Notes under the pieces: generated by a model
What the model was told of the DNA's origin: nothing
Databases searched by the model: none
Seen by the model: the letters and a program-made list of their open reading frames with translations, nothing else
Made by a program: the position numbers and the translations under genes
Assembly: GCA_964016885.1 (NCBI GenBank)
Contig: OZ024741.1
Span: 67,270,001 to 67,334,000 of the forward strand
DNA: 64,000 nucleotides
Origin: Eledone cirrhosa
Lineage: Eukaryota
Direction of reading: 5' to 3'
Part shown: in pieces, positions 13,198 through 28,048 of the stretch
How positions within the stretch are numbered: position 1 is the first letter of the stretch
Layout: the number at the start of each line of letters is the position of its first letter

Positions 13198-16153
13198 CTA
13201 CGGCCGCATGACCAGAGTAGGCCCACTCACACGGGCAATTCTCGCCACATTCACCCACATCTCAGCAATTGTACTGGGGGGCAGCATTTCTCTCTCCACC
13301 CTCACCTTCCTTTCCAAGTGAAACTTGAAAAAGTTGATGAGGGATTGGCCGAAGAGAAAAGTGTCTGTCTTCAGTCCTTTCAACCTCGTCCACCATACAA
13401 CCTCTTTCGCTACTGCCACCAGACAGAGGAAAATTGCCTGCCCTTCCTGGCCAAAAGAAGGCGGCGGGTTGATCTTCACTATGGACTCGGCCGATAGCCG
13501 GATCCGTTCTACACGCGACAACAGCTGTTCAACATAACTCCACAAGTCAGTAGTGCACGGACATTGGACGAGTGCGTGCAGAACACGGTTTCGTCGCTCT
13601 GCGCGCATCTCGGGCAGGTCCGTCTGACAGCACTTCCGTGCCTGTAGAGTTTATCTCGAACCGGCAGTGCCCCCCCCCCCCGGTAGCACTGCCAACCGAG
13701 GGATTTTTGGAAATTATCCATCGTCCTCGGCTCGAAAGTCCTCCGGTACAGACTGGTTAGTTCGACTTGGTTGACTCCCAGAGCCTCTCCGAATGCGTCG
13801 TCGCACTTGCCCACCACTAATCCTCTATAGAACTCGAGAGTGCAAGTTCCACTGACCGCATTGCCCGCCTGGTAGAGGGCAGTGAGTGCCTGGCAACATT
13901 CCAAATGCCAGTCACCCAGCCTCGGTCTCTTCTTGACCCAGGACTGCAGCTCAGTCAAAGAAACGAGCTGCGGAAAGGCCCGTCTGACAAACGGCGACCA
14001 CACCTGTTCACCGTTTAGGCAGAATATCTGGAGATGCCGCAGCCTCAGCGCGTGCCTGCGCATCATTAGCCACCGCATGCTCAGCCCTCCACGTAGAGGG
14101 TGCTGGCAGCAGATGGACCGCCTCACCAGCGGAACCTGACCCCTCCACAAGAATTTGAAGAGGAGCCGCTCCAAGATGGCGAGGCGCGAACAGGGGCAAG
14201 GGACGCCGGTCAGACGGTAGTAGATGACGGACGCGATGTACGCGTTCGCCACCTCCGCCCGACCTTTCAGTGATAGCTTCATCCCAGCCCATTTCTGGGT
14301 GAGACTGGCTACCCTGCCCGTCACCTCGTCCCAATTCTTATCCACCTGGAGGTCTGGCCCGAACCAAATCCCTAGCAACTTTACCGGTCCGTCGCTCCAG
14401 TGCCTACCGACGCTGTTGGACGGCATGGACGTGCCTCTCCAGGTGCCGAGTTGCAAGCCCACTGACTTTTCCGGGTTAAGTTTTGCTCCCGTCAACCTTT
14501 CACATTCCTCCAATAAGTTGCCGACCACCTGGATTTCTGAGGTGTCCGACACCATCACGGTGATGTAGTCCGCATACGCCGAGACAGCCTTTCCGCGTCC
14601 CGGTTTGAGCGGAATGCCCTGCAACAGCTCCAGCTTCCGCAGTAAAGGCTCGAGAGTCAATACGTACAGAAAAGACGAGAGAAGACACCCTTGACGGACC
14701 GATCGGGAGATCTGAAACGGTTCCGAGAGGTGGCCATTAATTTTGACCATCGAGCAGGTTTCGCTGTGCATTGCAGCGATCCAGCTTCTGAAGACGGGGC
14801 CGAAGCCAGCCGCCTTGAAGACAGCCTCCGGGTACCGATGGTCGACCCCAGCGAAGCCAGGTTTACACCCTACCCTCTCGATGATGTATCGCATTAGGTG
14901 GAGGTTGTCGTGTATGGACCTGGTTGTGATTGCGCAAGTTTGCGCCCACCAACCGAATCCCCCACGACAAGCGCCAACCTCTTCGCTAAGACCCTGGCCA
15001 AAATCTTAAAGTCTGTGTTGAGAAGAGTTATGGGCCTGAAATTGTCTAATGTGTCCCTCTTGTTCTCGTCTTTCCTTAACAGCGTCACTACGCCCCGGCT
15101 CACAGAACTGGGAATACTCCCATTTTGCTGCCAGCTGCGGTAGAGGGCTTCGAGGAGATTGGAGAAGAAGTCTGGCATATTTACGTAAAGTCATAGGGCA
15201 GACCATCCAAACTGGGTGATTTGCGCCTCATGCAGCCGGCAAGGGTATCCTGAATCTCGGCTGAAGTAATTGGCCTTTCGCAGCGCCCAACGTCAGCCGT
15301 CGAGAGTTGCAGCAAGCCATCGAGGTAGGGACTGAAGTCCGCCACCATCTCTGACCCGCTACTTCCCCCGAACAACCGAGCAAAATGTTGGCGAAAGGCC
15401 TCACACACCGCTTGGAATCGCTCAGCTCGTGTCCGTCTCGGTCCGTCAAAGACCGAATCGTGGTTTTATTACCACGCTGCACCTCGGCCACGCGGGCCTA
15501 TCGAACAGCTTTGGTTCCCTCGTTTCTCAGAGCCCCGTGCCATAGCTCTGACAATGCAACCTTCGTGTTTCGCATTGAAGAAATGGTCTAATGCCATTCT
15601 CGCCGCTAGCACGTCAGTTGCAATGCCACTACCAATAGCCTCGTCTAACTTATCTACCAACTCCCCCTCCTTTCTATTTTTCTCTAACGCTACTTCTTTG
15701 CTTAACTCTATCGACATTACTCTAATCTCTCTTTTGAGAGCCCCCCACCATCTATTGTTGACGACTCCCCCTATCAACGTTTTCTTAACTAAATTGTTGA
15801 CCTGGTCCCTGTAAGCCTTACGTGCCGGAAATGACATGTTTAGCTTCCAGTAACCAGGTCCTAACCTACGCGTCTTATCTAGGTCGACCATAGAGATCAC
15901 AAACTTGTGATCTGAATAGGCGACCGTTTCAAAACGTGGACAGCTTACACTATTTCTGTCTATTTTCCTAATGAATATCCTGTCTATATACGATCTAGAT
16001 GACCCTATGCTGTTAGCCCAGGTTCACACTGGCGCATTAGGGAAATCTAGTCGGTACCTGTCAGACAGTTGGAACTGGCTGATCAGGTTCTTGAGGCTTC
16101 CAGGACGATCCCAGGCCTCGAACATTTAAACATCCTACTCTTAATACGGCCAT
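13198..16153 (-). pseudogene. LINE ORF2 (APE endonuclease, reverse transcriptase, C-terminal Cys-rich region), frameshifted
   Basis: MAVLRVGCLNVRGL start; TWANS..SRSYIDR..YSDH; GPGYWKLN; KSPSLDGLP; NFRPITLLNTDFKILA; VRQGCLLS; AYADYI; CPRC..ETV. Confidence 0.9.
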
Positions 16154-16189
16154 GTTGGCAGGTTAAAAATAGAGAGAGGAAAGGTTTAA

Positions 16190-18113
16190 TTACCCTCCGG
16201 GCTCTTGTGAAGGTCGGGTTGTTCAACCTCCATAGTTGGTGGGGTTTCTTTTGGGAACCCCTTTAAAAGACTTGAAGTGGGTTTTACGTTCGGGGTTCCC
16301 ACGTCCCGAGGAAAGCTGTCTCGTATTTCTTTGAATATGTCGAGCGACATTCGCACCAGAACCAAATCTTCCGGCACGCGAAATGTGCTCGATTTAAAAA
16401 TGTCCCCCTCTTTTTGTATATTTTCACTACGAGGGCCATCAGTTCCTTGTTGGCCCTCCTGACGAGCACGATGTTTTGTATGTTTTGTTGGTGTGATTTT
16501 ATTTGTGTGCGTGGCTATGGTGGTGATGGTTTTGGTGGTGTTGTTTTGGTTGTATCTGTGTTTATTGTGAGTGCAGTGTCTGTGGTTTCAGATGTTTGTG
16601 TGTATATTCGTTCTTGCGTGTGTATATTTGTTTCGGTTGTTTGCGTTTGGGGGATTCTGGTGATGGTGATGGTGGTGTTGATGTTGGTGTTATTGGAGAG
16701 ATGTTTGATGGGTGGTGTCTGCGTTTTTTATTGTGGGTGCTTTTGTGGCTTTGTTGAGTTTTTTTTTTGTTTTTGTGTTTCCTTTTTTGTATTTTGGGGG
16801 ATTTTGGTTTTCCCTTATTTTCACTACTGGTAGATGAGGGGTCTGTGTCTGTAAGTGTGTCTGTATGTATGTTTATGGTTTTATTGGTGTGTGTATTTTT
16901 GGGGGTAGCGGGAATTTGACAGCTTTCCTCGTTTCCCCCATGGGTGGTCAATGTTGGTGGTGGTCTTTCTATTGGTGTTGTTGTTGGTGGTTTTTCCGGT
17001 GCTGGTGTTGGTTGAGGTCCTCGCCCCGGCGTCGGAAGCAGTGGAGCCTTTCGACCCCTTGCCTCTTTCAGCAGTTGAGGGCAGAAGGCTCGCAAATGGG
17101 TTTTTTCCCCACAAACAAAACACTGCGGCCTTTTGCCTTCTGTCATAATGTGAATGACCGTCCCATTCTGAAGGGGGATGTGGTCCTGAATAGTCTTCAC
17201 ATTCTCGAGCCTGATCTGGAGAAGGATCTCCAGGTCAACCCCGGACCAGTCCTCTCTGGCCGTTCTGGTCACTTCTATAGGGACGGTATCCGTCTCCTCC
17301 ACAATCACACATCCCAGAAGCCACTACATGTCAAGTCCTGGTGGGATTCTGGGAATGCGGTGACGGGCCGTTCTTTTTCCCATGTGGGAGGGGTACATTA
17401 TGACCTTGCTGGTTTTGCAAGGAGTCATAGCGTGTTTCATAGCGAGGGCTTCTGACTTGAACAACACCGAAATGGTGCCGTACTGTCTCCCCCTCTCTAT
17501 GTACTGGGTGTCTTCTCTGATGCACCTCAACGCGACTTCGACATCTTCTTGTGGGATTAAAGCTGCCCTTTTGGTTTGTGCTGAGATGCATCTATAATGT
17601 ACCGTTCTGCGCTCGACTGCTTCAATAGCTTCTACCGGGACAGTTAAGTTGGCCCAGGTTTGCTCTTGCTTGATGAGCTTCCATGCCTGGGCCAACTTTT
17701 CATCTTTGTTTGAGAGGTCCATGTTGAAGCATGGCCTCTTTTTTGCTGCTGCCGCAGCGAAAGTGTTCTTCTTGTTTTCGTTGGGGGTGTTTTTTGTCGT
17801 TGTCGTTGTTCTTGTTGGTGTTGTTGTAATCACTGTCGCTGTTATCATTGTTGTCTTTGTTGCCACCGTTGTTCTCGGTGCTTTTGGTATTGTTGCTGTT
17901 GGTGTTGTCGCTATTTTTTTTCATGTTAGTGGTATTGATATTGTTGTTGCATTTGTTATTTTTTTTTGTTTTGTTATCTGTATTTTCGTTGTCGCTGTTA
18001 CTGTTATTTTTTTCAAAATTAGAGTTCGCATTGGTATCATTGGTGTCTTTGTTTACCTTGTTTGTGGTGGTGTTTGTGTTATCAATTTGTGTTAATTTCG
18101 CTGTAGCGCTCAT
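16190..18113 (-). pseudogene. LINE ORF1 (gag-like, CX2CX4HX4C knuckle), disrupted
   Basis: CFVCGEKTHLRAFC in ORF 16562-17308; Thr/Asn-rich N-terminus and FAAAAAK motif; split by stops and frameshifts. Confidence 0.8.
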
Positions 18114-18381
18114 CTCAACTTCTACGTCGTTGTCGCACGACAGCCGACATATCGCTGGGGGGCGTGGCTAGGCCATGTTTTTTTTTCTTCGTAAATTTTT
18201 TAACATATAAAAAAAGTTCAAATATTTGGGCCAAGAGGCCCAAATATTATACTTTCCCGTTCACGGGGCAAAGTCTAAGGGCTTATATCCCTTACACAAC
18301 AAGAAATATTTAACAACAAATAATTTTAACAGGCAAATAAAGCGACTTACTGTGAGCGAGCAAAATACGTCCGCTTAGACC

Positions 18382-18465
<84 letters not shown>

Positions 18466-18765
18466 GGGGAGAAGAAGAAGAAGAAGAGGTAAGAAGTCAG
18501 AGGTGACTGTGAAGGAGGAGAAAGAGAAAAAACAAAGAGAATTAGATGGATGTTGAGTAGAACAGAAACAAGAACCACAACTACCACTAAAACCCCATCA
18601 ATCCATTACAAACATATTCACCACGTATGTTATATAACATTGCTAAAAGATAGAGATATTAATGAAAAATCGTGAACACATATCAAGTATTCGCGCAACA
18701 CCCATTCATGCTTATGCATGTGCGTATGCACACAAAGGCGCATACACGCACACACGGGGACACAC

Positions 18766-18796
<31 letters not shown>

Positions 18797-18985
18797 TGTA
18801 TGTATGTATGTATGTATGTATGTATGTATGTATGTATGTATGTATGCATGTATGCATGTATATATATATATATACGTGTATGTGTGTAATATAGTTGGCA
18901 TTTTACAGAACCATTTATTATCAGTTGGAAAGTAAACGAATAGGATAATAAATTTGAGCATTACAGTTACCCCTCTCTCCCTCTC

Positions 18986-19055
<70 letters not shown>

Positions 19056-19521
19056 CGCTGTAACTCCATTTCGTATCAAGTATACGGTACTTAAGCATGA
19101 GCATCATGGACGTGGCTTTTAATTTTGCTAGGGACTTGCCTATGGCCAGCAATATCAAGCAACGCACAAAGTGTCACTTATTAAGCGATGGCTGTCTTTG
19201 AAGCCTTTTTAAGCGAGGAAAAGCTTTGTATGGGGCCATTCCCACTCTGAAAATGTTATGCATCTGCCCAAAAAAGAAGGACTGGTCTACATCATTGGAT
19301 GCAGATGAAGTCGCAGGTCAGGCTGATCATCTAGAGACTACGTAGTCTTCATTAAAACATCTTAATAAATACTACGAGTCTCTCGCTCCACTATAAAAAA
19401 AAAATACGGTGTGTTAGCGAGACAGCTACAATGTTTATATAACTATATATATTTGTGATATGTAGGCATGTAAATATGCCGGAAAATATGAATTTCCCTG
19501 TAAATTGAAATAATGATAAAG

Positions 19522-19566
19522 ACCTTTCATCGATTTTCGAATCTAATTAGATCCTCATCAGAAGGT
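19522..19566 (-). ncRNA. Degenerate minimal HHR
   Basis: acctt-CTGATGA-ggatct-aatt-agattc-GAAA-atcgat-g-aaaggt; cleavage triplet not canonical. Confidence 0.45.
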
Positions 19567-20332
19567 GTGTATATCATCCAATCAATTACAAGGAAAAATG
19601 TATTTGATGGGTATATATTATACCGTTATACCGATTTGCATATAATTAGTGCTAGTATTGGTAATCAGTTAAGATATATATCGCTAACATCCGAAGTGTA
19701 TAATTAAGTTATATCTGTAAAAATTGGTGTGTCCATTTCAGTACACACTACTATAAGCGAATGAATATATATATCTGATGATGAACGCATCTCCCGGCCT
19801 CAGCAAGCAATAGTGGGAGAGTCAAATGATTCTCCTCATTGCTCGAGGATGCTGAATGTCATTATATCCGATCAGGCAAGTGTGTCCCGATCACGGCTGC
19901 TACGGTGTCGTTGTACCAACGTAGTTAGGATGGGATAGGATTAGATCAAATTCAAATTGAATATTATTTTGCCAAGAAATATTACTTTCTAAGCCAATTA
20001 ACTATGGCTTATAGGTACACTTGCCTTCCCTACGCGCACTTTGCTTCTGACCCTAGTTTGCTAACATTTATGATCGACAATTCCAATCAATGGAATTGTA
20101 TCTCTATGTACAACCTCATTAAATATAAATTTGCGTTGTCTCCGAAGAGAATATTAATTTATATAATAATTACTTCTATAAAAAAAAAACTAAGGAAAAT
20201 TTCAATAACGGCTCTATATTCATTGAATCGTATAATTGATCTGAGTATTAAAGTAACTTATGTACTCAATCTCTCGTCTATCTCTCTCCTTTCTCTCTCC
20301 TTATTCACCATCCTCTTTCACGGCCTCTCTCA

Positions 20333-20411
<79 letters not shown>

Positions 20412-20417
<6 letters not shown>

Positions 20418-21094
20418 AACAAGTAAGACCCCGACGGCTGAGCTCAAGCCGTTTCGACGGCTAATTCTGGACTGAATGAAAATTTATTCTGGTATTAAAA
20501 TAGCCGAGCTTATCAAGGGGTAATTCCATATATGGTCAAAGAGATAATCACCAGGATTGGTCACATCACAAGTTAGTAGTAAATCTGTGATGGCAAATTG
20601 GTGGGGGAAGGGGTAGCTAAACCTGCCGGTAGGAGAAAAAGGGAGAGGGGGTGGAGTAGACCCATTCATGCGTTGGTAGTGCCGGCTACAGCTGGGCGTG
20701 AGGTCAAAGAGGATACTGGGGAGGGGGAGGGGGAGGAAGTCGAAACGGTAAGTAGAACAATGATGGGTAAAACTATAAAAAGTACTGAGAGAGAAAAAAA
20801 AACCCGGCAGGTTTAGCTACCCCTTCCCCCACCAATTTGCCATCACAGATTTACTACTAACTTGTGATGTGACCAATCCTGGTGATTTTCTCTTTGACCA
20901 TATATGGAATTACCCCTTGATAAGCTCGGCTATTTTAATACCAGAATAAATTTTCATTCAGTCCAGAATTAGCCGTCGAAACGGCTTGAGCTCAGCCGTC
21001 GGGGTCTTACTTGTTCCTATTACCCACTCTACTACCCTAAGTATTGAGTACTTTGGTGCATTATGGTCCACCTGGTTCCTTACCACATTTCCTT

Positions 21095-21100
<6 letters not shown>
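20412..21100. mobile_element. Fold-back PLE-like element (family B) between (TA)n tracts
   Basis: About 218-bp inverted arms 20412-20629 / 20804-21020, plus a 3' tail shared with 2004, 22728 and 37621. Confidence 0.85.
20912..21005 (+). ncRNA. Type I HHR with U3-A8 core (inverted copy 20428-20521, minus strand)
   Basis: acccc-TTGATAA-g(ct)cggcta..tagccg(t)c-GAAA-cggc ttgagctca gccg-TC-ggggt. Confidence 0.7.
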
Positions 21101-21158
<58 letters not shown>

Positions 21159-21470
21159 ATGTGTGTGTGTGCCTGTGCGCCTGTGTGTCTGCGTCTATGG
21201 GTATTTAGGTGTGGATGCGGGTGTTTGTGTATCTTGCTAGTAAGTGTTTGGTACAGATTTTGAATGATGTGGATCATACATTAGTGAGGTAAAAATATGT
21301 AATGTAAGTCCCTTTAGAATGAAAGACTTGTTGAATAACAAACCGATTCGTGAATACTACGAAGGAAACGCTGCCACGTCGACAACGGAAACCACTCCAT
21401 GACACTCAGTATGAGCTGAACATTTTTAAAACCTGCCCATCTCTCTAGAGGACAGGCTAATTTCTTCCAG

Positions 21471-21517
<47 letters not shown>

Positions 21518-22102
21518 CGGGATAGCAATAAAGAATGTGAGTAAGAATTATAGTTAATGAACTCGAATACTGGAGTGGTATTTTATTTACCGAGCTCGAA
21601 TAATGTGAAGAAAAGTTTATTTTGAAGTGATTTATACTCGGAGCTCAATATTACGAAACAAATACCGATGTATGTTTAATCCGAAATTCTGTCAAGTTGA
21701 GACGTTCAATTCGACCCATACCTGCTGAAATATAGAAAACATACAACAGTACCAGACTAAGTAGATTAATATTGAACAACCCAAGACTCCTAGTATAATC
21801 TTTAATCGAAACTGTTCATTCATATATTTCTTTTTATCATATGTTTTCCGTAATATCCTAAAAATATTTTCTTTCTTTTCCACACGCAACCAATATTTTC
21901 GGTACATCAAGTAATATTTTATTTTCTCGAATCTAAGGATAATCACAGAGGTATCGTTATATATATTTACTCCTTCTAATTTTGGGCCACATGTGTATTT
22001 TGAACAACTTTCTTTTATTCATGATATTACCATATATTTTAAGCAGTAAACATTTGGCAATGGCCTCGTAGCAAGTTTACACACGCACACACACGCGCAC
22101 AG

Positions 22103-22238
<136 letters not shown>

Positions 22239-22553
22239 TGTGTGTGTGTGTGTGTGTGTGTTTGTGTTTGAGTGTATGTCTGAGAGAGACAGAGCGCGAA
22301 TGTTAGTATGTGGTGTATTTTAGGTGTGTGTGTGAGAGTAAACATTACATAAAATATATGAAGAAACATATGGAAACGAACTTGCCAAGAAGATTTGAAA
22401 AAATAAAAGAAAACCGTCATCCACATGCACTCGAACACACATAAACACACACACACACGCACACACATATATATATGTTTGTGTGTGTATGTATATGTAT
22501 GCATATATATATATATATGTATACATATATATACAAACATATATATATATATA

Positions 22554-22916
<363 letters not shown>

Positions 22917-23443
22917 TATATATATATAAACACGCACATACATAAGTCAGCTCAAATATAATCTACTAAATCAAAATAAAACATATAGAAACTCTCCGTA
23001 ACACAAAGCAGTGAATTGAAGAGTACTATAGAACAGTAATGGAAAATTATCGTCTAACGTCCAATACTGACGTATATTTTAATGGGATTTCTCTGGATTG
23101 GCAAACATTAACAACATGCTAGTTCTTTAGTTATTTCATCTTAGGTTTCTATTAGGATTTTTTGTTGCGATACTTATTATTTTTTGTGTTCGAAGATTTT
23201 GCTTTCCTCTTTTCTTATACCTATTTCCTACATTGTTTGATTACAATGCAACCCGAACTTTTTTTACAAGAAGATAAAGAACGAATAGTGAGAGAAAGAA
23301 TGACAAAAGTTGTGGAAGAAAAACAAAATTAGATTAATGGCTTTCAATATGAGAAATATATGTATATATATGTGTGTATATAAAATCGATATAAACATAT
23401 ACATATTGTGTATATAAATGTATATATACATAAACATATCGTG

Positions 23444-23511
<68 letters not shown>

Positions 23512-23852
23512 TATATGTATACATATATGTGTTTTTTAGTTTTAGATTTTTCTCTCATTCTCACACAATTTGTCTGTATATAACAGTCTCTCTTTATTTC
23601 TCTCATTTACTTTCTCTCTCTCTCTCTCTCTCTCTCTGTATCCTTTTTTATATCACGTCTTTCTGTCCTCTCTCTCTGTCTTTCCTTACCCTTCAACCAC
23701 CACACTTTTTTGTTAAACTCATACGTCTCATCAACGTAAAAACACTTTTCTATACTTAATTATGATCTTTAGTTCAATCTTTTATCCTCGTCGTTATTAT
23801 TTTTGCCTATATATATATATATACACATATATATATATATATATTTTATATA

Positions 23853-23918
<66 letters not shown>

Positions 23919-24776
23919 TACATATATACATACACCTTAATCAAGAATACGTGCCGATAATATATTACATATTACAATACTAACATCAGGAAGTTAACAC
24001 CAAGCCTTCTGGTCGCTTCGTGACCGTGCTGACCCCACTACTTAACGGCTGAATAATCCATGTAACATGCATTAATTGCTTTACTTTCAACCCCATTCCC
24101 TCGTGCAACTCCTCATTGATCAGTTCTGTAATTATTCTTTTATTTTCCCCTCGTTCTGTTTATGCTATTTGTTAATGTATTTGTTGACTTTCATCTCATC
24201 ACGTTTCCTCTCGTTTTCAATGTACTCTCGGTCAATACTATTGTATCACTCGTCAACAACATCAGAGCAATATCCGGAATTTTAATATGTTTCGCGAGAC
24301 GTTAATTACATCTTCAACGATTGCAAAATCATTTGTAACAGGACGACGAATGAGGGGATATTACAACAACAAATTACAAATACGGCGAGAATTGATGAAT
24401 AATCGATTTTGAAAATAAACAAGCATAGGAAACATTAGTATATAAATCTAATTTAATATAACGTACCAGTTGAAAGGTACACATCTAAAGGCAATCAAGG
24501 AACCCCACAAAGATCCAAGCTTTTTCAGGCTAAAGTCAAATTGTGAGATTAGGTATATCCACCCATGCCATTGTTGAACTTTCGACGAGGGAAAATTGCC
24601 TGACTTATGTAAATCAATCTTAGGTTCCATACAATCTATTTTGCCATGGCTACGAGACGGTTGAAAATTTCCATCCCTGGCTGGGCGCTCTTAACCAATG
24701 AGAGAAACAGTCCCTGATAATACAGGTTACATCAAGCTGTACATATATGTATGAATATATATATATATATATATAT

Positions 24777-27700
24777 GAATATAGACATAGAATATTCGAA
24801 AATATTCTGTATGTTTATAATAAACATTTTGAAGACCTAATCGCTATAGAATAGAATACGTCACGTATTACAATTAGATTCTCGATAAAAGCAAGGGAAG
24901 TAATCTACGCGTTTCATTCTTGTTAGAAATCATCAGGACTACATATCCAGTGCTTTTATCGAGAATGACACAGCTAGAGACTTATAGAATACTTAGCTGT
25001 GTACAGGAACTGGTTTGAAAGAGCGGTTGCCGGTCCGGCAGAAATTAGAAATTGGAATAAATGCTCTGAAATAGCGATATATATGTGAATATAGACATAG
25101 AATATTCGAAAATATTCTGTATGTTTATAATAAACATTTTGAAGACCTAATCGCTATAGAATAGAATACGTCACGTATTACAATTAGATTCTCGATAAAA
25201 GCAAGGGAAGTAATCTACGCGTTTCATTCTTGTTAGAAATCATCAGGACTACATATCCAGTGCTTTTATCGAGAATGACACAGCTAGAGACTTATAGAAT
25301 ACTTAGCTGTGTACAGGAACTGGTTTGAAAGAGCGGTTGCCGGTCCGGCAGAAATTAGAAATTGGAATAAATGCTCTGAAATAGCGATATATATGTGAAT
25401 ATAGACATAGAATATTCGAAAATATTCTGTATGTTTATAATAAACATTTTGAAGACCTAATCGCTATAGAATAGAATACGTCACGTATTACAATTAGATT
25501 CTCGATAAAAGCAAGGGAAGTAATCTACGCGTTTCATTCTTGTTAGAAATCATCAGGACTACATATCCAGTGCTTTTATCGAGAATGACACAGCTAGAGA
25601 CTTATAGAATACTTAGCTGTGTACAGGAACTGGTTTGAAAGAGCGGTTGCCGGTCCGGCAGAAATTAGAAATTGGAATAAATGCTCTGAAATAGCGATAT
25701 ATATGTGAATATAGACATAGAATATTCGAAAATATTCTGTATGTTTATAATAAACATTTTGAAGACCTAATCGCTATAGAATAGAATACGTCACGTATTA
25801 CAATTAGATTCTCGATAAAAGCAAGGGAAGTAATCTACGCGTTTCATTCTTGTTAGAAATCATCAGGACTACATATCCAGTGCTTTTATCGAGAATGACA
25901 CAGCTAGAGACTTATAGAATACTTAGCTGTGTACAGGAACTGGTTTGAAAGAGCGGTTGCCGGTCCGGCAGAAATTAGAAATTGGAATAAATGCTCTGAA
26001 ATAGCGATATATATGTGAATATAGACATAGAATATTCGAAAATATTCTGTATGTTTATAATAAACATTTTGAAGACCTAATCGCTATAGAATAGAATACG
26101 TCACGTATTACAATTAGATTCTCGATAAAAGCAAGGGAAGTAATCTACGCGTTTCATTCTTGTTAGAAATCATCAGGACTACATATCCAGTGCTTTTATC
26201 GAGAATGACACAGCTAGAGACTTATAGAATACTTAGCTGTGTACAGGAACTGGTTTGAAAGAGCGGTTGCCGGTCCGGCAGAAATTAGAAATTGGAATAA
26301 ATGCTCTGAAATAGCGATATATATGTGAATATAGACATAGAATATTCGAAAATATTCTGTATGTTTATAATAAACATTTTGAAGACCTAATCGCTATAGA
26401 ATAGAATACGTCACGTATTACAATTAGATTCTCGATAAAAGCAAGGGAAGTAATCTACGCGTTTCATTCTTGTTAGAAATCATCAGGACTACATATCCAG
26501 TGCTTTTATCGAGAATGACACAGCTAGAGACTTATAGAATACTTAGCTGTGTACAGGAACTGGTTTGAAAGAGCGGTTGCCGGTCCGGCAGAAATTAGAA
26601 ATTGGAATAAATGCTCTGAAATAGCGATATATATGTGAATATAGACATAGAATATTCGAAAATATTCTGTATGTTTATAATAAACATTTTGAAGACCTAA
26701 TCGCTATAGAATAGAATACGTCACGTATTACAATTAGATTCTCGATAAAAGCAAGGGAAGTAATCTACGCGTTTCATTCTTGTTAGAAATCATCAGGACT
26801 ACATATCCAGTGCTTTTATCGAGAATGACACAGCTAGAGACTTATAGAATACTTAGCTGTGTACAGGAACTGGTTTGAAAGAGCGGTTGCCGGTCCGGCA
26901 GAAATTAGAAATTGGAATAAATGCTCTGAAATAGCGATATATATGTGAATATAGACATAGAATATTCGAAAATATTCTGTATGTTTATAATAAACATTTT
27001 GAAGACCTAATCGCTATAGAATAGAATACGTCACGTATTACAATTAGATTCTCGATAAAAGCAAGGGAAGTAATCTACGCGTTTCATTCTTGTTAGAAAT
27101 CATCAGGACTACATATCCAGTGCTTTTATCGAGAATGACACAGCTAGAGACTTATAGAATACTTAGCTGTGTACAGGAACTGGTTTGAAAGAGCGGTTGC
27201 CGGTCCGGCAGAAATTAGAAATTGGAATAAATGCTCTGAAATAGCGATATATATGTGAATATAGACATAGAATATTCGAAAATATTCTGTATGTTTATAA
27301 TAAACATTTTGAAGACCTAATCGCTATAGAATAGAATACGTCACGTATTACAATTAGATTCTCGATAAAAGCAAGGGAAGTAATCTACGCGTTTCATTCT
27401 TGTTAGAAATCATCAGGACTACATATCCAGTGCTTTTATCGAGAATGACACAGCTAGAGACTTATAGAATACTTAGCTGTGTACAGGAACTGGTTTGAAA
27501 GAGCGGTTGCCGGTCCGGCAGAAATTAGAAATTGGAATAAATGCTCTGAAATAGCGATATATATGTGAATATAGACATAGAATATTCGAAAATATTCTGT
27601 ATGTTTATAATAAACATTTTGAAGACCTAATCGCTATAGAATAGAATACGTCACGTATTACAATTAGATTCTCGATAAAAGCAAGGGAAGTAATCTACGC

Positions 27701-27956
27701 GTTTCATTCTTGTTAGAAATCATCAGGACTACATATCCAGTGCTTTTATCGAGAATGACACAGCTAGAGACTTATAGAATACTTAGCTGTGTACAGGAAC
27801 TGGTTTGAAAGAGCGGTTGCCGGTCCGGCAGAAATTAGAAATTGGAATAAATGCTCTGAAATAGCGATATATATGTGAATATAGACATAGAATATTCGAA
27901 AATATTCTGTATGTTTATAATAAACATTTTGAAGACCTAATCGCTATAGAATAGAA
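24777..27956 (-). repeat. Tandem array of a 310-bp HHR-containing unit, 10 apparently identical copies plus a partial copy (retrozyme-like)
   Basis: atagacatag recurs at 24781, 25091, ... 27881; HHR on the minus strand at 24900-24942 and every 310 bp after. Confidence 0.95.
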
Positions 27957-28048
27957 GCACTGGATATGTAGTCCTGATCGCTATAGAATAGTCCTAATCG
28001 CTATAGAATAGTCCTGATCGCTATAGAATAGTCCTAATCGCTATAGAA

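Larger units (their letters stand above)
12923..18381 (-). mobile_element. Near full-length, decayed L1/Tx1-clade non-LTR retrotransposon
   Basis: ORF1 with Zn knuckle and ORF2 APE-RT-CCHC; 3' AATAAA followed by (ATT)n; both ends adjoin (AAT)n/(AAG)n. Confidence 0.9.
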
